Of a stretch of DNA of 64,000 bases, positions 53,001 to 64,000 are shown in pieces (positions within the stretch are counted from its first letter, which is position 1; every line of letters starts with the position of its first letter). The notes below the pieces were generated by a model. It did no database searches. It was not told where the DNA came from and saw only the letters and a program-made list of their open reading frames with translations. Location of the stretch: positions 496,274-560,273 of the forward strand of contig NMRA01000248.1 of the NCBI GenBank assembly GCA_002633005.1. Reading direction: 5' to 3'. The translations under genes and the position numbers were made by a program. The DNA is from Phoronis australis. Lineage: Eukaryota > Animalia > Phoronida.

Positions 53001-54441
53001 CAACAATTTGAATTTAAGAGGTTTTTATTTCGGTACGATTGGTATTTGATTGATCCGCCACCAAATGTCAAGCCCTACATGCAATCAATATTGGAATTGA
53101 CAGGCGTTCAGGTAGCATAATACATAAACCAGAATGCGCTATACGGTAGTTGATAGTGGATAAAGGTGTGATGCGGTTTTCTTACTATTTGTCAAGTTTG
53201 TCCCATACAATCATAGGTGAAGACCCTGACCAATGTATTATATCTACTCCTCGTGTAACCATTAGACAATGATGTCACGTTGCTTGATTTGCACTACTTG
53301 ATACAACCAACATCTTGCGTGAGGTCTGATATGAAGTTAGACACGCGGGTTTGACTGAACTGTTTAGCCACAGCAAATCGTCTGTTGGTTGGAGAGGTTC
53401 AAATTCGTCCATCTTTGATCGTTTTTCAGCTTTTGGTCTACCTGTTCTCACTCAGTTCCTCAAGTCACTTGGCGCTAACCGTAATGCCATATGTCTGCAC
53501 ATGTAGCACATTTGTTCACCATAAAAGTGTGTGCAACCTGACCATGCAGTTTTCAATAGCTGCTGTACGTTGAACAGGAGTCCGTGAAGGAACCAAGCTT
53601 TTATTTAATCGACATTACACAAAACTGTTATCAACACAACACACATTTGGAACTCATCTAGCATGAGAGTCTCAACAATTTCACCAAAGGTGGTGTTTAC
53701 AAGCAGTTCATATTACAATGATTAAATGTGCAAGTGGTGCATCTCAACACAAATTGATGTCAATTTGGAGCTTCACAGAACTTTAAAATGACTATTCCAG
53801 AAAACGAAATTGCCAAAAAATTTCAAATTCTGGTGTTTGACCCTTACATTTTTGATATCACACAATGTAATTTTATGTTTGAGTGTGCGAGAGGGTACTT
53901 GGAATGTTACCACGTTTCCGTAGACCTATTCTTAATTTAACATGTAATATACTTGAAAAGTTAACTTAATAAATTATGCACAACTTTGTTCGTATTGTGT
54001 TATACATACAAGAGCTACTGATGGCGCTAAGTAGAGGCAGTTATATGTTGTAAACCTAAGTATAGAAATTTTGCGACATATTATCTCGTGAAGGGAAATC
54101 ATTAGGTCAAACCAGCGATAACCTAAATGATGACCGAAGGAAAACGTACCCACCTTTTGAAATGGTAACTCTCGGAACGATCACCCACGAGTAGAGATTT
54201 TTCTTGTTAACTGTAAAGTAGTAAGCGGCGAACTCATCCTGTATTGTGTATCGCGAATAGGCATTAGGTCCCGTGCCTACGTTTCCGTTGGGTGCAGGGG
54301 CCAAAGTAGCACCACTCGACCCCATGTTCACGTGCACTCCGCTCTCTATGGCGTCTGTGCCGATGTGAACGTTACTTCCACCGTACACTCTGACGTCACC
54401 ACCATATAAAGACACCAGCACGCTGATATTGTATAGCGGTT
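17518..54441 (-). CDS. Receptor-type protein tyrosine phosphatase with Tie-like Ig/EGF/FN3 ectodomain plus kringle, and tandem PTP domains (5' end incomplete)
   Basis: Exons 5' to 3': 54441-54154, 52587-52354, 51886-51641, 49004-48873, 48158-48012, 47741-47610, 46889-46593, 46263-46202, 45944-45725, 43867-43559, 43169-42867, [42308-42091, 41970-41915, 41809-41624 defective cassette], 41102-40996, 40245-40071, 39383-39275, 36395-36128, 35166-35103, 33720-33615, 33137-33073, 31942-31773, 30975-30888, 30417-30304, 29839-29742, 28820-28698, 28199-28036, 27329-27194, 26608-26474, 25518-25419 (duplicates at 24860-24725, 24139-24005, 23023-22924), 21903-21827, 20875-20741, 20288-20157, 19582-19419, 18709-18574, 17592-17518. 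Omitting the cassette and one duplicate set gives 5111 nt in one open frame (about 1,700 aa). Confidence 0.9.
22869..27831. repeat. 2.5-kb near-identical tandem duplication (22869-25362 and 25364-27831) joined at an N
   Basis: The sequence and ORF track repeat almost exactly, with scattered SNPs and small indels; the junction is the single N at 25363. Confidence 0.97.
26474..30975 (-). CDS. RPTP membrane-proximal PTP domain D1 (catalytic motifs intact)
   Basis: [57 protein letters not shown] across 7 exons. Confidence 0.96.
30015..30149. mobile_element. GC-rich MITE-like element
   Basis: 13-bp TIR CATGGGCGGCGCA / TGCGCCGCCCATG; no clear TSD; a related terminus occurs at 1511. Confidence 0.7.
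33615..33720 (-). CDS. RPTP transmembrane exon
   Basis: [22 protein letters not shown] followed by basic RWRRR (continuing in exon 33137-33073); not in the ORF track. Confidence 0.9.
35103..46889 (-). CDS. RPTP fibronectin type III array (about 8 repeats including the membrane-proximal domain with an RKRR furin site)
   Basis: Repeated W..P / L.PY..Y...V.A patterns ([39 protein letters not shown]); membrane-proximal [17 protein letters not shown] as in other RPTPs. Confidence 0.9.
37023..37094. repeat. Short imperfect hairpin (MITE-like palindrome)
   Basis: AATCCTACACGAATCTCAGGTTTATGAC pairs with GTCTTAAACCTGAGACGAGTGAAGGATT around a loop of about 16 nt. Confidence 0.65.
41126..41322. repeat. 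71-bp degenerate minisatellite, about 2.7 copies
   Basis: TGAACA...CACGTGCAAGGTACATAAA units, with GAAC at 41137, 41208 and 41279. Confidence 0.8.
41624..41970 (-). pseudogene. Defective FN3 exons inside the RPTP gene
   Basis: Exon 41970-41915 is 56 nt (3n+1 needed) and reads VIT* in frame, while the expected [16 protein letters not shown] lies in another frame. Exon 41809-41624 is only 62 codons and ends at G|GCAAAG rather than GT. Confidence 0.55.
47610..49004 (-). CDS. RPTP three Tie-type EGF-like exons (49004-48873, 48158-48012, 47741-47610)
   Basis: [28 protein letters not shown]; [19 protein letters not shown]; [17 protein letters not shown]; all phase 1-1. Confidence 0.93.
47900..48026. 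repeat. 38-bp tandem repeat (about 3.3 copies) containing the EGF2 exon splice donor
   Basis: CTTACCTTGA starts at 47931, 47969 and 48007 (period 38); an N lies at 47899. Confidence 0.92.
50868..51104 (-). mobile_element. tRNA-derived SINE
   Basis: The minus strand begins GGAGGCAGTGTGGCCTGGTTG (A box) ... GGTTCAAGTCC (B box), then a CCTTGAGC core-like motif, a 3' stem-loop GTCTGATACA-N3-TGTATCAGAC and a short A tail. It does not form a complete cloverleaf. Confidence 0.7.
51641..51886 (-). CDS. RPTP Ig-like exon (Tie Ig2-like)
   Basis: VKWQKDG...HGGVYTVY...GIFRLIVR resembles Tie Ig2 (DAGVY...FTRLIVR); phase 1-1. Confidence 0.88.
52354..52587 (-). CDS. RPTP kringle-domain exon
   Basis: [13 protein letters not shown]...[12 protein letters not shown]...ENYCRN...PWCYT...[10 protein letters not shown]: six cysteines plus the kringle motifs YRG, CQRW, NYCRN, PWCY; 234 nt, phase 1-1. 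Confidence 0.93.
54154..54441 (-). CDS. RPTP N-terminal Ig-like exon (Tie Ig1-like position)
   Basis: ttttttcag acceptor; [15 protein letters not shown]...[25 protein letters not shown]; phase 1-1 with a GTGGGT donor. The domain call rests on position and beta-strand pattern only. Confidence 0.7.
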
Positions 54442-54879
54442 CTGAAAAAAATATCACAGGAACAACGACAAGCGTTGATAAAATGTATGCGCCCACAATA
54501 TACCGCAAACGTACCGGTACCTATGTTTCTATGGTAATTATCAATTCCATGCATACTTGTACTTGCCAGCAGCCAATAATTTTACCACAAGAGGTAGCTG
54601 AAATATCCAGATTATGACAATATTGCGTTAGTACATCACAATTTAGAATTGACATCAAGTGAAAAACGTTTGAAAAACATTTGTAACAAAGAATAAAAAA
54701 TGTCACAAAGGTAGACAGCACTAATCCCCTGAAGTTGACAACTCCATTCTACTTCTTTTCGTAAAGAAAAATCGTAGTTTGGCGGACACAAATATAGGCA
54801 CAACATGGCATTACGTGCACAGTACTGGTTGGAACCTACTTAAAACTTCAGCAGCTATCATATTCGATAAGGAACAGCC

Positions 54880-56130
54880 AAACATGGTTGGTACAGAATG
54901 CAAAGTCGCCCGAAAAACGACTAGTATGGGTGCATTGTCATCACATATTTCTTTGTCAAGGTTCATTGAAACCTATTTTAAAATCAGTTCTCAAGTTTTA
55001 TACGAAAAACGCTGTCTCAAAAATATTGAGAAGATTGGCCTTCTCATAGCGGAGAGGGCAGATGGCAAAGTAGTATGCCCCACCCCGGTGATGTAGAAAA
55101 CCGGGCAAAAGGACAAACCTGTCACTAGAGGGTTCTGCAGTTGTCAAATACACCTGAAAATTGACTGATAACTGTGCATTACCGTCAAGTTTCACTGAAA
55201 CCTGTCGATCGGTTCTTTAGATATAATGCGGAGATGCTTCTACCGAAGTTCTTAACAAACTTGTCGGAATAAATTTCCATAAGGGAATTCTGCAGTGATC
55301 AAATCTGTCAAGTATCGAAAAGGGCCGGCACATTGCAGACAAATAACTCTATGTTGGGTTTCACTGGATTCCGTTTGTCATTTCTTTAGCAATCATACGT
55401 AGATCGTCTACCCCATAATAACTGAATAAGTCCTGATCGAGACCATCATTGGCACTAGCAGGTGCCGCAGTGATTGAATCTATGCAAAAGTTAACTGGTG
55501 TCCGCGCATTATCACCATGTACAGTACCTTTGTTTCAAGTTTCATTGAAAGTCGGCCATCTTTTCTCTAATATCACCCGGAAACGATTTCCATCAAAAAT
55601 ACTGAAAAACCTTGTTCCTGGACCCCTAGGGCGGGAAAACTGAAAAATGATATACATTGCCATACCCTACACTCTTTGTGCCAAATCTCACCGAAATACG
55701 GTCATACGCTTCTTGAGATGTTGAAGAAACAACTAGCCAACAGTACAAAATGACTACTAAGGAGTGCTGCAGTGGTCAAATGTGCTCCAAAAGCATCACG
55801 TGATGCTGCGTTTCACTAAAATCCGTCCCATGGTTTCCTGCCGGTAAGGCACTTTCCCAAAACACTGAAAAACCCTGGGATACAGTATCTGGATGGACTG
55901 AAATATGGTACGCAGCGCCCCAGTGATGCTTGCACCCTTGTGCCAAATTTCATTAACATCCGACCAGGGGTTTTCTGACAAAATCGAGTCAACAACTGGG
56001 CTGTCGGAATGGTGTGCCCCACAACCGGAATCCCGGACAGGATGACGACAACATGCTACCAATCAAACATGCATGCATGTACGAACAAACACCCGGACGA
56101 ACAATCACACGCATTTTTATACGTATACAT
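54880..56130 (+). mobile_element. Degenerate Helitron/Helentron-associated (DINE-1/pearl-like) repeat relics
   Basis: Recurrent core motif TG(C/T)CAA(A/G)TTTCA(TTGAA) at about 54953, 55532, 55677 and 55939, followed by GGAC/ACAAAC simple-repeat-like tracts. Family call is by resemblance only. Confidence 0.4.
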
Positions 56131-59100
56131 GAGCACTTTAAAATGGAAGAATAAAGTAAAGAAACCAGCTCAATACTGAAAATCTTCGCAATAGTAACTC
56201 AAGCAAAATATATTTCGATGAGAGACTTTTGAATCTCTGACTGTCTCGTTGACTGTAGTGATTGGAGAAAGTTGTGAATATCATGCTGTCTAGTAAATAA
56301 CGTGGTTGGCACAGCTACATGAAATGAAAGTTGAATTATTCAACACGCAATAACGGCAAGTAAGATAGGCTTGGTTTGTTTAACATGAAGCATATTGTGG
56401 CAATGTCCGAAAACATATGTATATCTAATTTTCAGTTTTTATGAAGTATTTCCTTTTAAATGCTTGGACATTGTTTGGAAACTTTGACATTTTGATATTA
56501 ATTTAGTTCAGTCTTCAGTATCTATAGATTGTCGGATTCAAATTCTATTCAATTATGTCTTAGCTGTAATCAAGCTTGCATTTCACATCCAGTCTCGTGA
56601 AGGCAAGATCCATCATGGATGAAACATGCAGATGCGGGGTACTCGCGGAAGGTACATCCCTACAATGACATTAAAAAGTGTATCTTCAACAGGACTAAAA
56701 GTCAGTATGGCGGTTAAATTAGGACAATATATGTCAGCAGTTCGCAACATTTCTTCTGTTGATAAGAATTATCTTTTGAATTACGTCCGATAATAGTATT
56801 ACAAATGTCGATGTTTTCAGCAACGTACAACTTACCCTTTACCCTTGGACTTGTGAAATTCATTCCTTTACATCTACCAAACATTGAAGGATAATTAAAT
56901 TACTGTATCACATAGTCTTTCTATGATGTAATAAGATGAAACTGCAAGAACGAGCTGAATCATGGTTCGCGCGATCGTTTGAAATTTATAAAAACGCAAA
57001 ATAGTGCCATGCTTATCATAATACATATAAACGAGGGAGATGTTGATCAAAGTACTCAAAATCAACTTGTTTTTATACATGTTAAACAAGTATATATTAC
57101 AGGAAGCAGCTTTCCGTGAAAGATGTTCATCAAATTCTTCCACGCATGTCTGACGTTTCTAGAGATGCTATACAGGTTTATTTAACAGATTACAGTTTGG
57201 TGGGAACATTTACAATGGCATACGTGTATACAGTTCAAAACACTCTTAGAGCTGTTTAACATAGTTTTGAACGGGAACCAAGACTCGTCCCGTTTTGGTT
57301 CATTAATAACAATTAATGACAACTATATTACTTTAACTAACACAATAGTTATCCGAAACTTTTGTCAAACACTAATAATTTGGAGCCACATTACAAAGTG
57401 CGTCAACTGGATATTTGTTGTCAGTGCATTCGAAGACTTTATCGGGCGTTACAGGAAAATATTGTGGACCGAAGTACACAAAAACCTCTAAATAATACGA
57501 ATAGGGTCTTCAGCAGAACGAAGTTGTTTTTTCCTAACTGTGTAGTGACAAGTGACTGGGGATGAAATAGGGATGAGATCGTCAAACCAGAGCTTGGCAC
57601 AAATTTAAAGCACTTTTAGAAGTCTCCTTACCCCAGTGTTGTAAACCCATAACGCCGTGTTCTGTAATACTTGTCTAAAACAAAAGGTGGCGTCCAAGTG
57701 ACCGTTCTATGTCCTTCATTGTCACTCCAAGGTAAGATTCTACCATCATGCCAAGCAGCCCGACAAATACTTGAATCCTGAATTTCAAGAATAACATTCA
57801 TACTGGAGGCAACGTTATACTGTCACTGTCTAGGACGTGAACTTTACGAGAAGTACCACCCAATGAGCTTTCTAAACAATAGTATCAGTACTAGTATAAT
57901 ATTTCAAAATTATTGTAAAGAAGTCTCCGACTCACATACATGTAATGTACATAATACCGAAGAGGTATATCCACACTTGCTCTGTTAGAAGTTGTTTCTA
58001 AATCATCATGAAATAATCACTCAATTAAAAACAGCATTCGTTGTAAAAGTAGGTCACAAAAAGTAGGTCACCAAAAATACAACCATAACTGATGCTCGTT
58101 ATGAATTTTCATATACATCAATTTTTATGTGAAATTTGTGATCAGAACATCTTTATCGTGTTAAACTTTTACCTATACCGAAGACCTTCAACAAACCTGA
58201 CATTCCCTGAATGCAGACGATTTTTGTGCGAGTTACTAAAATATTGATGCAGGGTGATTCATCCGAAGCAGGAACCAAAACTGTGCTAAGTAACATTGAT
58301 TTTTGTCCAATAGAGGGAGTGAATTAGGCTTTATGATATATATTTAAGTTACGAACATCCAAGACATAAGTGCCTTTTAGAAAAGAATAGTAAAACTTAA
58401 TTTTTTATTTTAAATGTATTGGGCTGACCAGATAGTCCTAGCAAAGCCTTACCAGAATTTTATAAAATGGGAGTTTAATCCCTCAAACGAGTGGGCCTGA
58501 CAAATGGTAGGTGAAGTTGCCTTTTCGTGCCTAAACGCGATCGAGATCTCAACCCAAACTACAAGTGACCGTTAACTGTTGTATCGACGAGGGGTCTGAA
58601 TAAAGTAACATTGTGTGCGGGCGTTATTCGCAGCTGGCTGAGTTGGTTTTGGCGGTGACGGAGACAAAAGCAAGCCAATAAGCCTAAGAGTTCCTAACAT
58701 TTGGCAATTTATGGCACTGGTGGGCCCAGAAAACTGCTCTTAACAAGCTGTAGGAACCAAATTTGTACGTGTTACCGTTCAAGATAAGCTTTAAACTCTA
58801 GAGCAATCCCTGATCTCCAAGTTTCCCAAACAATACCAAGTGCAATTCTAAACAGTATTGTTTTACATATGCCAAATAACATTTTGTTTTGCCAGTTAAG
58901 AAACTTTAAATAAATATTATGATCATTTTGCTTCATGAAATGTTCACGGTACCACAGACAGGGGACATAAGCTTCAGGACAGGTGTCGTGGATGTGGCAC
59001 TCACAATAAAAAGGAGAACAAGCCATGAAACGATTTGGCAGACACGCTCATTCCAATAAGTGTTTCAAATTTAAAAGTTTTTAAAAAGGGGTTTCGTGTT

Positions 59101-59449
59101 GAATCTTTTCCTGTGTATAACGAAGTTGAACTTCTCTTTAACAACGGATTGTCTTAACATTCTTAAGTTTTGTTGCAACTGCCTCTGATAAGATCGCTAT
59201 TGAAGACATCACGATTCCCCCGTGATGAGGGCAGAGCCACAGTGGTTGTGCCTAAACGAAGTACGATAAAATAATCGTGATCTCACCAATGTCTCCAACA
59301 CATCTAAATAATTTACAATATATCCTACAAGCAAGTGCTTCAATTATCTTGAGGAGATTCTCAGGGTGTGGAAACAGATAAGAGTCCTGATCGTTTGTAG
59401 CTTTATTGTTGCGCTACAAACATCGCTCGCTGTTTTCAAAACATTTTGT

Positions 59450-59852
59450 ATACATACACAATCATACCTACGCACTAAATCACAAACGTGAATGCAAACC
59501 TACAAGCAAGCATATGTACATCATTGCGCGCGCGTATAAAACCACTTAAATACATGTACTTACACGCATGTCTATATACATACATACATACATACATACA
59601 TACATACATACATACATGCTTACATTCAAGGAGGAGGGGGTTCCTTGAGAAACAGAGTGCCCTCTCATTATTTTCATACACCCATCCATACATACATACA
59701 TACATACATACATACATACATACATACATACAAAGCATACATTTAAACATACATTCACACATACCTACTTACAGACAGACAGACATACATGTATACATAC
59801 AAATATACACATATACATTCAAAGTGGTTGTCCTTTCTTGTATTCATACATA
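59450..59852. repeat. (TACA)n microsatellite complex
   Basis: Pure runs at about 59576-59616 and 59689-59732 with degenerate flanks. Confidence 0.95.
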
Positions 59853-60149
59853 AATACCTGCACACATGGTTAAACAGTATCTTTCCTTAATCTTCACTTA
59901 CATAAGTGTACGACCCAGTCCCCCACAATTTACGCGATGAAGGAAGACACTCATCCTTAGGACATATGTATCTAAAACAGAGATATTCGCCGTGAATAAG
60001 TGAAATCAGAAGCAATCACATTCACGGATCAAGCCATCACATTCACGTCTAATGGTCCAATGAAGCTGAATCGAAATTGGACATCCATTTCCACTTTTGG
60101 GAGAAATAATGTCCACGACAGCATCACGCTGTTTGCACGCGGGAACAGC

Positions 60150-60197
60150 CCACTACTCCAAAGGTTCACTATTCCAAATGTTCACTACTCCGAATGA
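60150..60197. repeat. 16-bp tandem repeat, 3 copies
   Basis: CCACTACTCCAAAGG TTCACTATTCCAAATG TTCACTACTCCGAATG. Confidence 0.7.
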
Positions 60198-60946
60198 TAT
60201 TATGCAAATGTGGCATTTTCACACTATTCTAACCACAAGTCGGACATATATGGTCAAATGTCACTTCTTTTAACAAACTACACTGTGACTGCCAGAAAAA
60301 GAAACGCGGTTGTCAGAAGTTTTCTATGGGGTGTGAAGCCTAGGACGATTTCAATGACGCTAGTACCTCTGTGGAAAAAAGACATCTAGCGACATTCTGT
60401 GAGATATTGTCATGTATTTTGGCTATTGAACCTGATTGGTCAGTTGAAGTGTTGACATTCCTTTTGAAGTAGTCAGTCATGAAGATTTCTACAAGGTATG
60501 TTAACATATTAACATGCGCGCATCCACCCATTTTCCTAATGACAACGACATTAATTTTTCGTCTACACCTAGGTGGTCACGTGACCAGTTGTTATTTCAC
60601 GTACGTATACCCCTTAGGCGGCGTTCCCGCTAGTCACCCCCTATTAGTAAGTTCAGATGAGTGCCGAGTAAATATACTAACTAGGTGTAACAACAGATGG
60701 TAATAACTGGCACAGAGCGCATGTAGATATAATAAGTCGGTGAACCCACACGCAAGCGTGTAGCACCTTCAACAGAGATGGTAACCCTTTCCTCAGGTGT
60801 ACTGCCAATTTCCCCCTCCCAAAGTGAAGGGGACATTTTCTAAGTTTCTTTTACCTATTTGCTTGCTTACGATTACCTGTTGCTAAGCTCAACGTTTTTC
60901 TGGCTTTCAACGGGCGATGCACTAGCAGACGTTAAATGATGTTTAC

Positions 60947-63915
60947 TAGCCGGTGGGCCAAATTTCATAGCATTCATCCTTGTGAGTACTTTGGGGGAGG
61001 GGGGGCAACCTAGATTTTTCTATGTGGCTAGATAATGTACCTATAAATCAAATTCCAAAACATTCCCACGTCTACACTTGCACATTTTCTTAAATATAGG
61101 TGTTTTTGTTCCCAAAATATTATGCATATTCCTGCCACTTGGTGGCGCTTTTCTATTGAATTGACCAATCAGAGAGCCGGATTGTATTGTTGTGCTTAGT
61201 TACTTCAATATGGCTGCTCCCATGGAGTGTGATGCCTGTATAATTCAATATTTATCAACCAGCACAAAATTGTGATGCCAGAGCCTAAAGAAGCTTAGGA
61301 AAGCTTCCTGACGAAAGCTGATTGACTGTGGAACTCTGTAGATCAGTAGGTCAAAAAGAAGAAGAGATGTCACAAAGGTTTATGCAGAAAACAGCTTCAT
61401 GTCCTGGTATAGCCTACACAGTATACTGATGAGTGCTGTAGACTAGAAGACCAAGTGTCGGACCAAAAATTTGAAAGATCATAGAACGGCATAGCAACGT
61501 TTCCAGGCACCAACAGTAGTACTAAAGCTGAAGTTGCTGAAAGTGATACAGATGTTATCCAAGATTTCCCAAGAAAATCAATTATACTTCCAAAATTGGA
61601 AACACCCCATTAACCTGAATAAGATAGTAACATTCTGAAACATGAGTGCATCATTTGTTAGCAGTAAAAGTATATTATGGACCATATTTCAAGAAAGAGA
61701 AAGAAGTATAGCTTTGAAAAACAGGTACGTGTTTTTGAAAGCTATATCTTGGTGTTTTCCATGTGTGTTTCAGTATTATCACCAGTTGCTTTTTTAACTT
61801 GTTCGACCTCTTGGCTACCTAGGCCTTAGACAATACCGCTGACCCAGTAGAGACGGTGATCATACCATAGGTACTCCATATGCCGGATGCTTTTCAGCAA
61901 ATTATGTTCCTATAAGTTTATAAGTACCGCGTAGAGAGATGCCTCTGAGGAGGTCGTTAATGTTTTCATTTGTTCCCAGTTTAAACAAATACTCCTGCAA
62001 TCCTGTTTTTCGAACACTCCATTGTTCAGTTGCCACATCGACACTGCTTGCGCTAAGCGATAATCATATGGCGTTTTACTGTGGGTGTGATTTTAAAGCA
62101 TTTTAAGTCAAAAATTTTTGAGAAGGTTAAATGGAGTAGATGGTTGCAAACAACATACCCAAGTGGCCGTCATCCCCTAGTCCTGGGATAGGAGGAACCT
62201 CTTCTCAATTTTTTGTAAACATTGATTACTTAAATAGCTGCAATGATAATTAAATTAGAGTGCATAAGTGGCCATCGTCGCCGTCGTAATTTGAGGACGA
62301 TGGAAGGCACTGTCCATTTCGTCAAATGTCGATTGCCTTAAGTGTAAATCGATTGACTATGGTTTGAGCATCTGATTTAAAAAATAAATTTCAAACACTG
62401 CACTGGTATATCAGCTGATTTATTTTCAGTTGCATCAACTAATCTAATTAGGCGATCAACATTTTTAGGCGACAGATCAGACTGTATGTAAATTTGTTAG
62501 GCTGGTGGTGGATCAGTTCCTGATAAGTCCGTCTGAAAAAGTTGCATGCCAAGTCACTCATAGTTGAATGTTAAATTAGTGTTAACAGTTAGGTTTTTTT
62601 CAGTTGGACTTGTATCGCAAGTGACAGCTCAGTCCAGAGCTCTGAATATGCAAATGAAATTCAAAGATAAAGACCTTGTGTCTTAGAAACCAAGTACCAC
62701 AGATCATCATGCTATAAAAATAGAAAGACAACGATTGTGAAGAGTGACGAATCCACAGTTTTCAGAGATGTTTTTCTACAGTTTTGTTTGAAGTTCATTG
62801 AATCAAACACATGGAGATGTCATTTGCCTTTCAACACTAAAGACAGATTTTGAAGCTGTTCTTCAGAAAGCTGGTGTGCATGAAGTTATTTGGACAGGCA
62901 ATCATCAGTATGCGGTGCTGTACCCTCTCTAATCGACCATAGTTGGCTCCTTGGCGGTGGAGATTTGCAGTTAAAATGTATGGCAATGTCCGCATCTCCA
63001 TTGACAGTGCTAAACGATGAACGCTGCAAGTGCAAACAGAACATCTGTGATGGGAAACTGAGTTTGTGCAGCAATGCTGGGTCAAACTGTACAGAAATGT
63101 GCAGGTGTGACAACTGTAGTGACATCAGCAACACTGACTGCATAACATTGGATAGTTTTTTGACCAGTTAACACTAAATAGACCTCCAACGCCGTTATTT
63201 CGTTTTTTGCATTAAAAAGTTAGTTTTATTTGTTCATTAAGTCATAGAAAGTACATACTTTGATCATTGTCATGTATTTGTCTCATACTGCTTGATAAAG
63301 GCTGTCAGAATAATCTATTATTTTCATGCAGTCTTTGTGCACATTCACAGAGATCATTCAACTACATTGTTTTTGTACTATAACGTATTTCTGGTGTATT
63401 ATGCAAACAAGCTGTATTTTATACCATTAGTCAATGTTTTAGTCATTGAGGCACAAATTCTGCCCAGTCTGAAGTGTTTTGTGTTATTTTTGTTGCCAGA
63501 CAATGCCAGAATATCTTCCTAGTTACATTCAGACTTAGATTGCATTTTTGCCACTAGGTGTCTCTTTAAATTTTTTAAATTTCACTGTTTACAATTAATC
63601 TACAATAGTTAAACATGTAATGTGAGTTGAACATTGTTCAATACAATGACACTGATGGGACCATATTACTTGTTTTACAAAAAAGTCACCAAAACTGTTG
63701 TTTTTACAAATATAAGTTTACTAAGCTCTTTGGTGATTTTTAGGTAACTTCAAACTCAAATTTCTCAAAAATGTGCAACTTTATATGTGGGAACTTTTTA
63801 GATTTTGAAAATACTCTAATAAATGAACTAAAAAACACCAAAATGAAATTGCCCCCCCTAAAGTACTCACAAAAACCCTTTTCTAGAGGCCCTACAAATT
63901 CTGGCCCACCGACTA
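60947..63915 (+). mobile_element. Internally deleted Academ(X)-like DNA transposon
   Basis: Termini TAGCCGGTGGGCCA... and ...TGGCCCACCGACTA; subterminal inverted block TTGTGAGTACTTT(G/A)GGGG; 3-bp TSD TAC at 60944-60946 and 63916-63918; transposase relics inside. Confidence 0.8.
62660..63171 (+). pseudogene. Transposase remnants: DLVS-ETKYHRSSCY motif and C-terminal Cys-rich finger
   Basis: A frameshifted DLxxxExxYHxxC-like motif near 62670-62720, and PS..DH.W...P...L....CKC....C......C......CT..C.C..C in ORF 62890-63171. The intervening catalytic region appears to be missing. Confidence 0.7.
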
Positions 63916-64000
63916 TACGTTCAAAAGTAAAACCGATGTCAACCAGACAACAATCGGAACATTTTGTCATCAATATATTTGGCTTATAAGAGAAATCCTT

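Noticed and set aside
59475-59853. ORFs with MYVC/HTYI repeats
   Set aside because: Translations of the (TACA)n microsatellite.
1-64000. Prokaryotic or phage systems (CRISPR arrays, operons, defence islands)
   Set aside because: The DNA is intron-rich eukaryotic sequence; the tandem repeats have no unique spacers and there are no long uninterrupted ORFs.

Overview
Animal genomic DNA, probably a marine invertebrate (AT-rich, GT-AG introns, draft assembly with a 322-N gap and three single Ns); there are no prokaryotic features. It holds two convergent spliced genes, both reconstructed by hand with consistent intron phases. (1) + strand, 6377-14949: an 8-exon, 514-aa SLC1/EAAT-type glutamate/aspartate transporter. 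(2) - strand, at least 54441 down to 17518: a receptor protein tyrosine phosphatase of about 1,700 aa (33 phase-compatible exons, 5' end unresolved). Its ectodomain is Tie/angiopoietin-receptor-like (Ig-Ig-3xEGF-FN3) with a kringle exon inserted between the two Ig-like exons. This is followed by a furin site, one TM helix, an active-looking PTP D1, a degenerate D2 and a YANF tail. The gene also contains an apparently decaying FN3 exon cassette, a triplicated splice donor, and a 2.5-kb three-exon tandem duplication centred on an N (probably an assembly artefact). Mobile DNA includes a Kolobok-like element with a THAP relic, an internally deleted Academ(X)-like element with TIRs and TSD, a tRNA-derived SINE, MITE-like elements, and an intronic inverted repeat combining a tRNA-like Pol III head with hammerhead-ribozyme-like motifs. 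Family assignments come from motif recognition only; no database search was run.
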